A model generated the notes under the pieces. It made no database searches and was not told where the DNA came from. It saw only the letters and a list, made by a program, of their open reading frames with translations. Shown here piece by piece: positions 38,628 to 52,105 of a DNA stretch of 64,000 bases (the stretch's first letter is position 1; each line of letters opens with the position of its first letter). Source of the DNA: Camelus ferus (lineage: Eukaryota); the NCBI RefSeq assembly GCF_009834535.1, contig NC_045707.1, positions 55,058,001 through 55,122,000 on the forward strand. The letters run 5' to 3'. The translations under genes and the position numbers were made by a program.

Positions 38628-39693
38628 TATATCTCCCATATTTAGCAATGCAATGATCATTTTTTTTCTCCCTGTTTCACCTAAAATTACATGTTTCTGT
38701 TTTCTTTAAATATATCCTTTTAATTTTGTAATTACAAAAGACTCAGTAATTGAAAAATGTGATTACTGATAAAGTACTTTTGTTTGACTTTATTGCATGA
38801 AAGAAATAATGAAGCATAGCTTCAAAATGTATTTTACCATTTAGCTATTCAAGTTTGAATTAACATTTTAGGGATCATCATTTTAATAAAGCTAAAAACG
38901 CTCTTAAGAAATTTTCTAGTCACTGTCCACCCTCTTCCACTGAATTTAAATAATGTCAAAATCTATCTTCTTAATAAGTGTCTCCATATCAATAGCTTTC
39001 AAAAGATAGAAAATAATGGGGTGAAGCACATGAATAGATTGAATTATGACTGAGATGCCCATCTTAACTTTAAAAAAGATTTGAATTGATAAGCTGTGTT
39101 CAGCAAGTCAGTGTTTCCTCTCTGGGGACATATTTTCTCAACACCTGACCAGAAAACCTCCTGTCTTTATTTTATTTTTACTTTGGCAACATCTGTACTA
39201 TTTTCCTTCCATGACTGAAAAAGCTACAAAATGTGGTGTCAAACACACCACTGTTGCCTGGACTAAAGCTGGACACTACGTTATGAGACTATATCTAATT
39301 GTATTCACTTCTAAGATGTATAAGTCTTTCAGAGTAGTGATTTACATTACTGAATTAAGAAAAAAATTTAAAGCTCTTCATTTGTTGCTGTTGCTTTTGT
39401 CATTGTTCAGAAATGTAGGAAAATGTGTTACAAGGAAAACCTTTTTATGGTAAAAAAAAAAAAAACTAAATGTCTTATTCTGGGTGAATCAGAGTGGGTC
39501 TGTGTTCATTATTACACAAATTTTAGTCAACTCTCATAGTGAAGACCAAAAAAAAACCAATCATTTCTTTTTGGATATGGCTGATTCACATTCTTTCTGG
39601 GACATGAAGTTAATGGTTAATATATGACAACTTGAAAAATAGGATCGAGTTTCACTAGACATTCGCTGGAGACAGAATGTTGCTGTAAATATT

Positions 39694-40327
39694 CAGGCAA
39701 TTTTCTTTATTCATGGATTCCATATTTGCAAACTTGCCTACTGGAGAAAATCTATTTGTAACCCTCAAGTCAGTACTCTGGACACTTTCATAGTCACTTA
39801 CAGACTTGAGAGGAGAAGAGAAAAATTTGAGTTTCCAGACACACATGTTCCCAGCTGTGAATTCTTGTTTCAGATCTTATACTGTAAATTAGTGTTCTTT
39901 TTTGTGGTCTGGTTAGTGCCAATTTTTGTGCTTTTGGTTGGTTGTTTTGTTGTTTAAGATGATATCCAAGCATAATCTCAAAGCAGGTCTCCTGTTCCTA
40001 AGCACAAGCAGGTAGTGATGTGCCTTATGGGAAAAAAATAAATGCATATGTTAGATAAGTTTGTTTAGGCAGGAGTTACAATGCAGTTGACTTCTATTAA
40101 GTTCATTGAGTTCAATGTTAATAATTTAATAATGTATTTTAAATAACATGTCTTTAAACAGAAACACACAAAACAAGTTAGCTAATGATCAGCTGCTAAA
40201 AATGCTGTGAAGGGGCTCACAAGGACTTAATCCTATATTTCCCCAGGAGCAATGATTCAGTATTCATTAATTCAGCATTTGCAGCCACTTTATTGATTAT
40301 AACTAGTGTAAATTAGGAGAATGACTG
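39694..40327 (+). mobile_element. MER82-like Tigger (TcMar) non-autonomous element
   Basis: 'ttattcatggattccatatttgcaaacttgcctact', 'cctaagcacaagcaggtagtgatgtgcctta'; ends 'gaatgactg' followed by TA; about 630 bp. Confidence 0.82.
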
Positions 40328-40809
40328 TATCTTGAAATAATGTAGTAAAATAGATTGTCATACCTAAAAAAGATTTTGTGGAAAACTATTAATTTTTATA
40401 AAACCTTTATTATCATTAAGTGATACTCTTCAATAAAATAAAATAAATGTATTAATAATCAAAATTTAATAAGTGATAATAATGATATAAATGTTAAATC
40501 CACCTTAAAACTGTCAATTTGATAACTATCTCTCTGCCAAGGCATTCCTAAAGTTTGCTTGATTTTGAGAATACTTGTTTTTGATTATCAGTATTAGCTC
40601 TGCATACTCTAGATGATGTAGATATTCAATTACTAGAATTATTCAACTCATTTAAAAACTATAATACACATAATAGAAAAATGAAGCAAAAAGTGTTAAC
40701 AGAGTAACTCTTCAGGACATCTGTATTTGAAATATAATAAACTTCTGTAATTTACATATATCAGGTAATTTATTATCATTATGTCAACCCACATCATTTA
40801 ATAAGAAAA

Positions 40810-41040
40810 ATAGCTGTCATGTATTGAATATTTATCACAAAGCAGATGCTTTCCTTTGCTCTCTATATGTTATTCTATTTTGTCCAATAACTCCTCTATT
40901 AAGTAAATTATATTTAGTATCCCAAGCATACATATAAGGCTACTGAGGGCCAAGTCTATTAATTAACAAGCCCACAGTCACAAGGCTGGCGAGAAAGAGA
41001 GCCTAGATTCAAAAGTAGGTAGGTCTGACTTCACATCTGG
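40810..41040 (-). mobile_element. MIR SINE
   Basis: 'actgagggccaag...gcccacagtcacaaggctgg...gattcaaaagtaggtaggtctgact'. Confidence 0.7.
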
Positions 41041-41617
41041 AAAGTGAAGACATAAGTGGATAATACCTTTTAGCTAATAATATTTTATCATTGCATGAAA
41101 GTACATTTTCAAATCTGCTCTTCATCCATGCTACCTACAGTATCACCTGTCTATCTGTCTATCTACCTACCTGCGTATCTAGCTACATTAATACATACAT
41201 GTAGACTATTTGTAACTTGGAATGTTTCCTTAGCTTGAGTATTCAACACTGTTAATTAAGAAACAGAGAATAGTCATGAATATAATTAGGTGGGAACTAG
41301 GCTAAGAATATGGGATATTTCAAAGTAAAACTTGTCATATGCTTTTTTAGGGAAATAAGTAATTCTCTATGTTATTGGAATGGTTAAATATTTAATAAGT
41401 GATTTAAAGAAACAGAGAGTATTATCAATCCCAGAAAGAATACCTCATGGATTTGGTACAATTCTGAGCACATTTTATTAAGCAAGACTGACGACAAAAC
41501 AAGGCTTTCTCAGAGTGTAAACACCAAATGACAATAGTCAGGTGCTCTAATTTATTCTTTGTAAAATTCTGAGATAAATTTGGTTATGATATTATTTTTT
41601 GTTTAATATACGCTACA

Positions 41618-41690
41618 GTATATGTATGACTGAAACATTATGCTGTACACCAGAAAGTGACACATTATAAACTGACTGTATGTCAATAAA
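41618..41690 (+). mobile_element. very short camelid-type L1 3' end
   Basis: 'atgactgaaacattatgctgtacaccagaaagtgacaca...tcaataaaaa'; imperfect duplication atatacgctaca / aaatatgctata on either side. Confidence 0.8.
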
Positions 41691-43059
41691 AATATGCTAT
41701 ACATCATTTTAATACAGTAATCATTATTACTGCTTTACTCATTCCTAGTGAGTATGAGATTTCTCCCCTCATTTCATTTGAAGCATGATATACACATAAC
41801 CTCAAGGACCCACTGAGGACCTTTCAATTTTTCAAAGAAATAAGTTTCTGACCGTCTCTTTTTCAAACCCAGTTGAACATTTAGTTCAAATATTACTGTG
41901 GTTCTTTTATTTCAGTAAAATCTTTTGGAAAGGGCCCAGGTAGATGATCAAGTGCAATTCTCCCTAAGGGCGTCACAGTACAAGAAATGTATTTGTTTTC
42001 TGGATTTGTGACAAGTAGCAAACTCAGTTTATATATACAGATTGCACCTAGGTATTAGTGACATTCTAGTCACATCAAATCACACAGTTTCCACTGAATA
42101 ATTTTAGGGTGTCTGATTTTCATTCTTCTGTGGTTGTTTTTATACACTGAAGACAATTGGTTTTGTTACACTGAAATAAAATTCACAGCAGAACGTGAAT
42201 TCCACCCAGCCCTTCGACATGTCCATCACTGTTTAGTCATGGGTGTCTGAAGTGGCAAAAAGGGCAGACTTTCTTTTCACCTTCAGAGAAAAAATGGTAC
42301 ATCTGCTCCCTTTTTATTTTCTTTTTTGTCCTCTATGGCAGGAGAATCTATCCCAAAACACTAACCAATTGACCACCTTCTATAAAGTTTTATGGAGAAT
42401 TAAGCACAGCTGAAATCAATGGAAAGTTTCTCCTGCAGGGTTTCTCAGGATTTGATTCTTCACACATGGATTTTGCCAGGAAATCTCAATTATGGTTTGG
42501 GCTTTGCTGGAGGGTGTGCCTCCCTGTGAAGAGGATCTCTTGCAACAGGGATGAAGACCCTCCCTGCTGGACTGGTTCTGGAGTAACTCAGAGGATAGAT
42601 AGATGATGTGGTCTCAGGAACTTCCGTCCAAATAGGAAGAGGAGGGATTTTGCAGCCACTGCTAGCTCTTAATTCGAAACATGTGCACTGAGTCTTTTAT
42701 CAGCAGCTCAGTTTCTGCCCTTCTTTACATTTAAGCGGTATGTCAGTGTTTGACAATTAGATGAAAAATGCAGATAGATGACTATGATAGAATGGAGGAT
42801 GAAATGATGAAAAAAATACTTCCCAGGAATAAAATCTTGGATTCAGAAACACATACAGTGGAGTCTCTTTATGAGTTTATACAAGTTATTCATTTGTCAG
42901 AAGGAAATAAATTACCCATAATTATACTAAATAAGCAGACTGTCTAGGCAGTGAACACATTCAGGTCTGAAACAGTCATTGACAGAATTCACTGAAATGA
43001 TATACAGATTTTTTTTACTTGTCCTCAAACACTGACAAATACCTGGTTCTATAAAAGAG

Positions 43060-43280
43060 TAGCTGAGCTTGTGGGCACTGGAGCCAGGTGGAGTAGGTGC
43101 AAATCCTGATCTGCCTACTTAATAGTTGCATGATAGTGGACAAGTCTCTTAAACCTTTGTGGTCACAGAGTCCTCATTTTCCAAAATTGGAAATGTAACT
43201 AACACTTGCCTCATGGAATTGTTGTGAGGATTAGGAGTGTTTGAATACACCTAAAGTGTGGTCTGCATTAGCTATTACTT
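43060..43280 (+). mobile_element. MIR SINE
   Basis: 'gcactggagccagg...aaatcctgatctgcctactta...ggacaagtctcttaaacc...ttgtgaggatta'. Confidence 0.85.
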
Positions 43281-43329
43281 TGGTTGATATAATTATGTTC
43301 ACCTTTAAAATTAATGAGATTAGCATGTG

Positions 43330-43640
43330 GCATGGATGATCAAGTCCTCTTAGAAATGCTTATTTTCACTTGGCATCTGAACCACCACATTTCTTACTTT
43401 TTTCTGTCTCGCTGTTCTTTTCCAGTATCCTTTACCATCTCCAGGGCTTCTAAATTTCGACATGCCTCAGGGATTGTCATTTGGACCTCTTTTATATCTA
43501 TATTTACTCCCTTAGTAGTGGACTGATGACTTTAAATTCCCTCTACATGCTGACAATTCCCAAATATATCTCTTCAGCCCGTACGTATTTCCTAAACTCT
43601 GGGAAATAGTTTGTATCAACATCCCTGCTGGAATCTGTAC
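43330..43640 (+). mobile_element. L2 ORF2 fragment
   Basis: 'atgcctcagggattgtcatttggacctct...ctacatgctgacaattcccaaatatatctcttcagccc'. Confidence 0.78.
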
Positions 43641-43644
43641 AAGG

Positions 43645-43750
43645 CAGGAGCTAAGACAGGTTTTGTGGGACCTAAAACTTACATAATTGGGGGAAACTTT
43701 AAGAAAAATAACAGTGTAATATAAATACAAAATTAGGCCTAAAAGTGATT
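43645..43750 (+). mobile_element. hAT-Tip100-type DNA transposon end
   Basis: 'ggttttgtgggacctaaaacttacataattggggg...aatacaaaattagg'; subfamily uncertain. Confidence 0.55.
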
Positions 43751-44679
43751 TTTTTCTCTCATGTGCTGTAGAGATTCACACCACTGTCTGGTGTGGCATT
43801 TACTATAGCTGCTCATAGTGCAATGCTTTCTTTCTGCAACTTGACTTGTCCTCCTCACTTAGAACATTGCAATCCCCCAGTACTCCAGCAGTCATTGAAA
43901 TCTGTACAAGAGAAGTGCTAGGGTTCATCCTTCACTAGTTAGATAGTAAGTTTGCCTCGGCAGGAGGGTATATTTGCATTGATTCTAATATATTCCTTCC
44001 TCCTGTTATTTAGAGAAGTTGGAAAATTTGAAGCCAGAATTCTGGATGTAATGTTTTTGTCTTCTGACAATTCGATGCATTTTCACAAGTCTTAGAAGAG
44101 GAAAGTAGCATGAAAATTCTCCTGCAAATCTTGGCTGTTGCTTCTAGCAGTCAGGGTCGTGAGAACGCAGGAGGCTCTGCTGAAGAGCTTTCCAATGTTC
44201 ATTCTCGGGGTTTTGGGTGAGAAGAAGCAGTGGTCACAGCAGAGGGAAGGACTTCAGACACAGTTGTTGGATGTGAATCGATAGGATTTTTGTTTGTTTA
44301 TTTTTGCTTCTCAGATAAAACCAGTGGAGAATGTAAGGTATCAAAAAAGAAATGTAGATGGAATGATAATGAGTCAAAGCCCTTATGTCTCAACATGCCA
44401 AAAGAGGAACGAGAGTATCCAGTTTCCTATGTATGCCATGAGGAGATCTGAGAAAACCCAGTCTTTCCACAGCCCAGCATGGGCCTACTGTAACAAAAGT
44501 GACTCCTATTCTTAAGAGAAACCTATAAGCATTTGAAAAAGAGTACCAAATTTTAAAAGGCCATGAGATTGAAAGTAAGAGATAATTTAACAGTGAACTG
44601 CATGGATCACGTAAGAATATGGCACACTTAGTAGAAGCCAGTGTGGAAGGAGGATGTCCCAGACAGAATATCCCCCTAT

Positions 44680-44830
44680 AATCTTACTAAGCATTACCCA
44701 GGAGAAACAAAAACTTACATCCACAGAAAGTCTTATAAACAGATGTTCCGAACAGTTTGACTCACTATAGCCCAAAACTGGAAAAAACTTAAATGTCCTA
44801 AAATAATAGAAAAACAATGCTTTATGTTCC
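44680..44830 (+). mobile_element. old L1 ORF2-end fragment
   Basis: 'acccaggagaaacaaaaacttacatccacag...tagcccaaaactggaaa'. Confidence 0.7.
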
Positions 44831-44844
44831 CACTGTGGTTTAAA

Positions 44845-45061
44845 AAGTTCTCATCTGGGGCAATGTTGTCCTCCTGGAGAAGATCAGTAAGATGCAGAGA
44901 CACTTGACTGTCGTGATTGAGGTGGATAGTGGTATTAGCTTCTAGTGAGGACAAGCTAGAGATGTTTTTAAACATCCTACAATGCACAGGGCACTATGCA
45001 CTTTATTAAAAAAAAAATCACCCAGTGTAAAATATCAACAGTCCTGAATCTGAGAAACCTA
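44845..45061 (+). mobile_element. MER20
   Basis: 'taaacatcctacaatgcacagg' core; ends 'tgagaaacct'. Confidence 0.8.
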
Positions 45062-46714
45062 GAACATGAAGAGCACCAGGAATCCAAATTGCAGAAACGA
45101 AGTGACAGTCTCAGAAAATCAGATATTTAGTGTATAAATTCTTAAAGGGTACCAATTTTATTAAGTAAATGATAGAGCTTTCGCTGTTTACTTTAAGATC
45201 TAAAGTTCTTTTCTGCTTTTTTGGAAAGGACAGATTCACCAGATTGTCTCTTGGGAAAATAAATGTTCTTCCTAAATGGAAAAGTAAATTCTTTCTAACT
45301 CTCAAACACTTTGCTTGTCTTCTCATTATATAACTAATCCTTTTATGCTTAACTGAGCTGCCAAGCAGTCGTTTTGGGGGCTTCTATTTTAAATGAGTAA
45401 ATATTTCTGGATAACAATGTACACTGTACCAAACAATAGAGAAAAATCAATGTGTCTGTTTTACTTGTCAGCTTAGACCCTAACTAGACCCTAATTTTCC
45501 CTCTTTATGTTTGTCTTTTCAATTCTAAATAACTTTCCATTAGCTGTTTTTCTTCTCTCTTAAGATACTAGATTTCAGAGTATATCTCACATTTATGTCA
45601 CTGATACCTAAAGTAGTAAAATACAGGCACCAGTCACAGTTACTGTAAGTCATCAATAGCCTAATTTAATTGCTTTGCAGAAGAAAATAAGAAGCTTGTT
45701 GTAAAAGTATCTACCCACCAAAGTGAAATGGAAAGTTAATGGTCTAAACATCAATTTAAATCCCTAAAAAAAGTATTATAGCATTCAAACAAAATTATAG
45801 TTTTTAGCCCTTCATGAAAATTATTTATCATTTTAAAATGATTCATTTTGTCATGAACTGGTGAGCTTGTGCTCTCTGGAACGTTTTTTCTTCAGTTGCA
45901 CATACAGAATGTCACTGCATTGGTCTTGTGACTATCAAATATGCAAACATTTCAGAAAGGAGATTCCTGAATACAGATCCTTTGTAGGAAGTACTTTTCA
46001 AACATAGCTAACAACTTTTATTTGAACAGGTGTTTAAAGTTTTCCATGCAACCTTTGTCTCCTGATTTCTGCAAATACCTACATCATTTCCAGACCTTCA
46101 TTGTAATTATAAACATGTTCATTTAAAAAGTATACTCTTCAAATAATAAGTTGTTCTCAAGTGTTAAAAGGCCACAATGAACTGGTCTAGCTTACTATTA
46201 CAATATTAAAATATTATTATAATTCTTGATGTAGACACCTTTAATCCCCTGGAAAAGGATTTCACTTTTCAAGTTAACAGCTAGCATTTCTTTAGTGATT
46301 TTGAAATAAAAATACTCTATTAATTTCAACTCTACACAAAGGTCAATTCTATGCAACTTAACATAATCAGAGATGTCTATCTCATAAATCGATAACACAT
46401 TTTCTCAAGAGAAAATATGGACAAAGCCTCAGTGAACTAAGTTAAATATAAATACTCTTCTGTGCTTTCAAATTCCCAGTTCAGAATAGAAAATGTTAAA
46501 AATTATTTCACAGCTTCAGTGCCTTTTTCAATGTTTCCTCCTTTTTCTTCTCTTGCTGTTCTAAATATTTGGACCTTAAGCAACTTACATTTTTTCTCAC
46601 TAAATGGTAAACATAAGTTATGGAACATATTGATGATCATTATATAGATTTCAAACAAAATTAAACTCCAGTAATTGAATTACACATGGGAAGACTGGGA
46701 GATGAAACAGGGAC

Positions 46715-46922
46715 TAATATTTACCTGATGCCTAATCATTGCCAGGAGTTTTGCAAGCCATGTAGACATGCCTAAAAATGACAGTTTTATAGCTGCATTA
46801 TTATCCCCATGTTTAGATGAGAAGTCTGGGATTCAGAGAGATTAGGTACTTTCTCAATCCACACAGTTAGTTAAAGTCTACTAAAGATTTTATCTAAGTT
46901 TGTCTGACTCCAAAATCTTACG
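46715..46922 (-). mobile_element. MIR SINE
   Basis: 'ttatccccatgtttagatgagaagtctgggattcagagagattaggtacttt...tgtctgactcc'. Confidence 0.8.
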
Positions 46923-46923
46923 C

Positions 46924-48004
46924 TTTTTTTTTGGTTTTCTGTGATGGAGATTTTTATTTCTTTCTTCTTAAAACCACTTTATAGATGTATGATAGACATA
47001 CAAAAAGCTGTACATTTTTAATGCACACAACTTGATGAGTTTGGCGAGAAGTATATACATCTGTGAAATCATCACCACAATCTATGCCATTGATATATCC
47101 ATCACCTCCAAAAGTTTTTTCCTGTCTTCTTTATTATTATTATTACTTTTTGTGATAAGAATACTTAACATAAGATCTATCCTCTTAACCATATTTTAAG
47201 TATACAGTACTTTTGTTAACTAGAGGCACTATGCTCTACAGCAGATCTCTAGAACTTATTCATTTTGCATAATTGAAACTTTATACCCTTTGACTAGCAC
47301 CTCCCCACTTCCCCTCCCCCCAGACCCTGGCAACTACCATTTTACTCTCCACTTCTAAGAGTTTGACTATTTTATATTTCTCATATAAATGGTATCATGC
47401 AGTCCAAAATATATAGAGAACTTCTACAACTCAGTAGCAGAAAAACAAACAAACCAACAACAACAAAAACAAAGCCAAAACTCTATTAAAGAATGGGGAA
47501 TTAACTGAATCAATATTTCTCCCAAGAAAACATTAAAATGGCCCACAGGTATATGAAAAGATTCTCAACATCACTAATCATCAGGGAGAGACAAATAAAA
47601 ACCATGATAATCTATCACCTTAAACTAGATAAAATGGCTATTATAAAAAAAATTACAATTGTTGGTGAGGATGTAGAGAAAAGGAAACCCTTGTGCACTA
47701 TGGAAAACAGTATGAAGATTCCTCAGAAAGTTAAAAACAGAACTACAATATGATCCAGCAATCCTACTTCTGGATCTCTATCCAATGGAATGAATTCAGC
47801 ATATCAAAGAGATATCTGTACCCCATGTTTATCACAGCATTATTCACGATAGGCAAGATATAGAAGCAACCTAAATGTCCACCTGTGCACAAATGGATTA
47901 AAAAAATTTGACACACAGTGGAACATTATTCAGCCTTAATAACAGAAGGCAATTCTGCCATTTTTGGCAGCATGGATGACCCTGGAGACCATTATGCCAA
48001 GCAA
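46924..48004 (-). mobile_element. L1MA-type insertion with an inverted 5' segment (3' end antisense 46924-47403; upstream part in plus orientation 47404-48004)
   Basis: T-rich tail at left, antisense 3' UTR up to 'ggtatcatgcagt', then plus-oriented ORF2 end stopping just before that point in L1 coordinates. Confidence 0.85.
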
Positions 48005-48159
48005 AGTCTGACTCTATCTGCTCATTAGAATATAGTATTGGACTTGGATTTAGAAGATAGTATTAGTGTTACTTGTAATAGTAGTCAACCTGAGAGTAGT
48101 GATAGTAGTGGCAGTAGTGATTGACAAAGGAGAGAAAAAGGAGACAGAGTATAAAACAA

Positions 48160-48385
48160 AGGTAAAATTTATTAAGCATTTGCTATATGGTAAGGACTTT
48201 GAATGGATTGCTTCCTTTAGTCCTCAAAACACTGACACTCAGTGGACAGTGCTTTTTTGCATATTTAATAGATAAAAAAACCTTAAGGGGTCTTTGATTA
48301 ATTGTCCAAGTAGCACAACTAATGTGTTACTTAGTTCATACTCAAATTGCAGGAATCTAATTTTATAACCACTATTATTACCACT
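48160..48385 (-). mobile_element. MIR SINE
   Basis: 'atttattaagcatttgctatatgg...tttagtcctcaaaacac...attgtccaagtagcacaacta'. Confidence 0.6.
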
Positions 48386-48394
48386 TGACTGATA

Positions 48395-48730
48395 ATTTAT
48401 TATGGCTCATGATATCACAAGTGAAAAATGTATAACAAGCAACTAAGTAGTTCCCCTCTGATACAGAATGAGAGAAAAAATGGAATGATAAGATGGATCT
48501 TCAGTGAGCAAAAGTAGGATAAAAAGTGATATTTACAGTATAATAACTATATTCAAAATCTTTGCAAGGGAAAAGAATAAAGGTTGTAAATAACTGTTAC
48601 TGATCATTTTCTCTGTGTTGTGGAATTACTACTACTGTGTTGTTTTTATTGTCATTTGTTTTTGCTTTCTGTATTTTCCAAAGTTTCATCAATTACAGTG
48701 TATAAATTTAATATTTTCATTTGACAATAA
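48395..48730 (+). mobile_element. L1ME-type 3' remnant
   Basis: 'atgatatcacaagtgaaaaa', 'ctttctgtattttccaaagtttc'. Confidence 0.5.
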
Positions 48731-49398
48731 ACAGCATTTTAATAGTTTTTTAAAATCAGAAACTGATGGAGAAAAATATTTAATGATTTCTCCATATCAT
48801 CTACATTTTAGACTAAGAATAAAATCAAGATAACTACTGTGAGAGGATTATTACTTCTGTGCTTAGAGCAGGTAAACACAAAATATAAATAGGAAAAGAC
48901 TTTTGTAAGCTCTAAAGAGTGAATTTCTATGCGTATTTAATAACTGAATGAATTATTTTGTTTTTATGTGGGCAGAAGCAAAAATAGTTATAGATTTTCC
49001 ATCTTTAACTTTCAAGCTAAATGTTAGAGTTGAAAGGATTTTGTAATTTGTCCTGTTGTATATAAAAACTGTGATTTTCCACAGAAATTTACAATCAGCA
49101 TATTCCATAGAGTTCTTCTTGTCTGAAGAAATAACTGAATGGTGGTAGCTATAGGGTGCTTTGAATCAAAAGATCAAAGTCTTTGTAATAGGGATATTCA
49201 TAGCATGGATTAATTTAAATAAAGCATGGATTGGAGAATTATTAATGAACAAGAGAGGTATATTCCACCTATATTTTAGTTTTAGTCAGGGACTATATAA
49301 AAAATAAATATAGTAGTAGAGGAATGAAAGAAAGACTACCTCTAAGAAATACAGTTGAAAAATAATGTGATATAACTTGAGACAAGGTTTGTGGGTTA

Positions 49399-49600
49399 GC
49401 AGACATTTGGTTCTGTCGAAAACATCCGTAAGATATTGGTCCATAAGACAATTTTTTTTTCTTTAGACATTTGGTTCATGCCAAAAGATCCTTGAAATTT
49501 CATCCTGTCCAAAATGTCCATGAGCATATTTGGTCTATGACAAATGGTTTTGGACAGGACCAAATATCAAGGACATTTTGGACAGGACCAAATGTTCTGC
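49399..49600. mobile_element. palindromic element with ~30-bp terminal inverted repeats and internal repeats (ancient non-autonomous DNA-transposon-like)
   Basis: Left end gcagacatttggttctgtcgaaaacatcc; reverse complement of right end gcagaacatttggtcctgtccaaaatgtcc; further internal copies of the unit. Confidence 0.7.
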
Positions 49601-51934
49601 AGGGGGTCTGTGGAGAAGCAGTTTAGTTTTAACCTCAGTTACACATAATATCTGTTCGAAACATGATTTTCCAGGATTTAGAAACATTTCTGAATGGGCT
49701 ATTTTTATGACAGTACATCTTCAACATTGGAATCAAAAGAATTGTAAATAACAAAGAGAAAAAACCTATTTGTGAGTGTTAGAATTTCTTCTTTGTTTCA
49801 AAATAGGTGACATCTCAAAGACTTGAATCTTGAAAGAGCTGACTTTTTTGGACATCTAATTTATGAACTAATTTCTTTTTGCTAATCTTTAGAAATGTTG
49901 AGACTTTGGATTATTCAGAGATGCAATATGAAAACTAGTATAGAAATAATATGCTGAGGAAAAACTGGGATACTTGTTCAGCCACCATCACCCTCTCTCT
50001 ATGCGTGTCATTTTATTTTACTTTCAGTTAAGATTTTAAAATGGGAAATGTTTACTATATCAAAAACACGATTTAGTCATTTTAAAGATATTACTATTTT
50101 CACTAAAGTTAATAACTCTTATTAATGCTTTTATAATAAAATAACTTATCTGCAAGGAGCCATGTAAATTTCAGCTAGCTAAATTGAGCTGTCAAATGAA
50201 AAGAAAACATATTCAATCATTTAAGATTTGAGAATCTACTACATTTGTAACATACGTAATGTAACCTCAGACTCTACATAACTTCATAAGGAAATATGAA
50301 AAAATTACAGTGCAATAAAACCATCATTTTATATTATTAAAATTATCTCTGTTTTATATTTATGATGTGACTTCCCAGTAAATTACATAATTTGGCTGGC
50401 ATTTTACTCAAGTTTATTTAGTAATTTAAATCAGTATTATAACCTTGATCAAATATTCTTTAACAAATTTCTAAAATAGTTTTTTTATTAACCTGGAACC
50501 ATTCTAAACTGATTTTTTAGACCCCAGAATTGATAGAATATTGAAGAAGTAAATATGAGGGAAAATGGCAACTGTTTTCAAAAAGGAACTAGAAGGAGAA
50601 AGACAAAAAATCAAAAAGAGGTGTAAAATGTTCCTTACACTAACCTTTTGACTGCTCAAACTTTTCCACAGAAGAATACATTTAGTAACTACAAAGCTAT
50701 CAAAGAGTATCCTTCACCTATTTACCACTTTCTAAACTTCATCTACACTATGTTCATTATCCTCTTTCCCTTAGAAATTTGCAACTTGGGCAATTTAGAT
50801 CTCACTAGTTAAGTTTTCCAAATACTGTCTCAATAATTTAAAGTCTTTGCTTTCTGGAAAGTAATCTAATTAACTTTTTTTCTTCTTTTAGGATCAGTAC
50901 TTTAGGTCCATTTCCAGCTCTTCTGCCTGGCTTGTTTCTATGCCAGTTTTCTAATTTGATGAGTCAGTGCTCTGTCAATCTCTTTAATTTTATAAAAACA
51001 TTATGAAATTTTAACTCTTGACCTCTTTAATGGGATCTTTGTCAATTCAAATTGTGGGCCCTTTGGCACTCAACAGTTTCCATTCAGACATTGCATTTTA
51101 AAACTGTTTTGCCACATTTCAAAACATGAATGCCAAATAAAATACTGCAGGAATCCAGCTAAGAATGTGGAGTTTAGATCAGTTCTTCGTAAAAACAAAA
51201 GCCAAGTCTCTATTGCCATGTAGTGATGAGTTTTACACTTGGGAACTCCCCAAAATTTTGACAGTTATAGCTTTGTATATTGTATTTTTATTGATATAAA
51301 GGTTTTTAGAATAATAATAATCATCAAATTGAGGTGAGGAATCTTGCTTAAACATTTTCATGAAAAATTTTCTAGGAAATAATTTCCTAAGATAAATAAG
51401 GAAAGCAAAAATATTTGCAAGGTTTGATTTACATTATGTTCATGAGTGGCAGCAATGACTTTTTTTTTAGTATGTTTGACATAACAGTAACGAAAGTATA
51501 GCATTAGAAAATGTACATTATGAGGGAAGAGCTTACTAATGTTTGCTACTATTTTTATTCATCTTATCTAATATATATTTGAGTATCTTTAATTATCACT
51601 TTTATGGCTTATTCAGTTATTTTTAAATATCTTGAATAAATGTAATATAAAGAAAGAATGTAAATTTCTTATTGAATTAAATAAGAAGGTTTCCTTTCTT
51701 CTTTCTGTGTCAGCACATTTAAACAGCAAAAAAATGTCTATTGTAACATAATCTGATTGGGGATTGTATTCAGAGAAAAATAAATCTAGCAAACAAGGTA
51801 TTCCAATGTGTAATATTGATATAAGAATATTCAATAAATTATGGATATGATAGAATATGAACAAGGATTATTCAATAAGAAATATTTTTGAGGGGGAGAA
51901 CATATACTTGTCTTCATATGTATTTCAAAGTGAT

Positions 51935-52105
51935 TAACTTGAGCTGTTTTTATTCTTTGGTAGGCAGTTGTATTATCTCCATTTATAGCTGAATAAACAG
52001 AGATACAGAAAACTTAAGTAACTTGTCTGAGATCACCTAACTTCTGAAGGGCACCACAGGTTCATAGGTTGACTAATTCTAGTGACAATGCTTTTATCGA
52101 CTGCA
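51935..52105 (-). mobile_element. MIR SINE
   Basis: 'ttatctccatttatagctgaataaacagagatacagaaaacttaagtaacttgtctgagatcac'. Confidence 0.75.

Noticed and set aside
42400..42432. LF-SINE/AmnSINE-like motif 'gctgaaatcaatggaaagtt'
   Set aside because: Similarity too short to call without a profile search
47538..47753. 71-aa ORF similar to the L1 ORF2 C-terminal region
   Set aside because: Decayed piece of the inverted L1 segment, not an independent gene
49399..49600. CRISPR-like repeat/spacer interpretation
   Set aside because: Units switch orientation, are degenerate, lack regular unique spacers, and the context is mammalian with no cas genes
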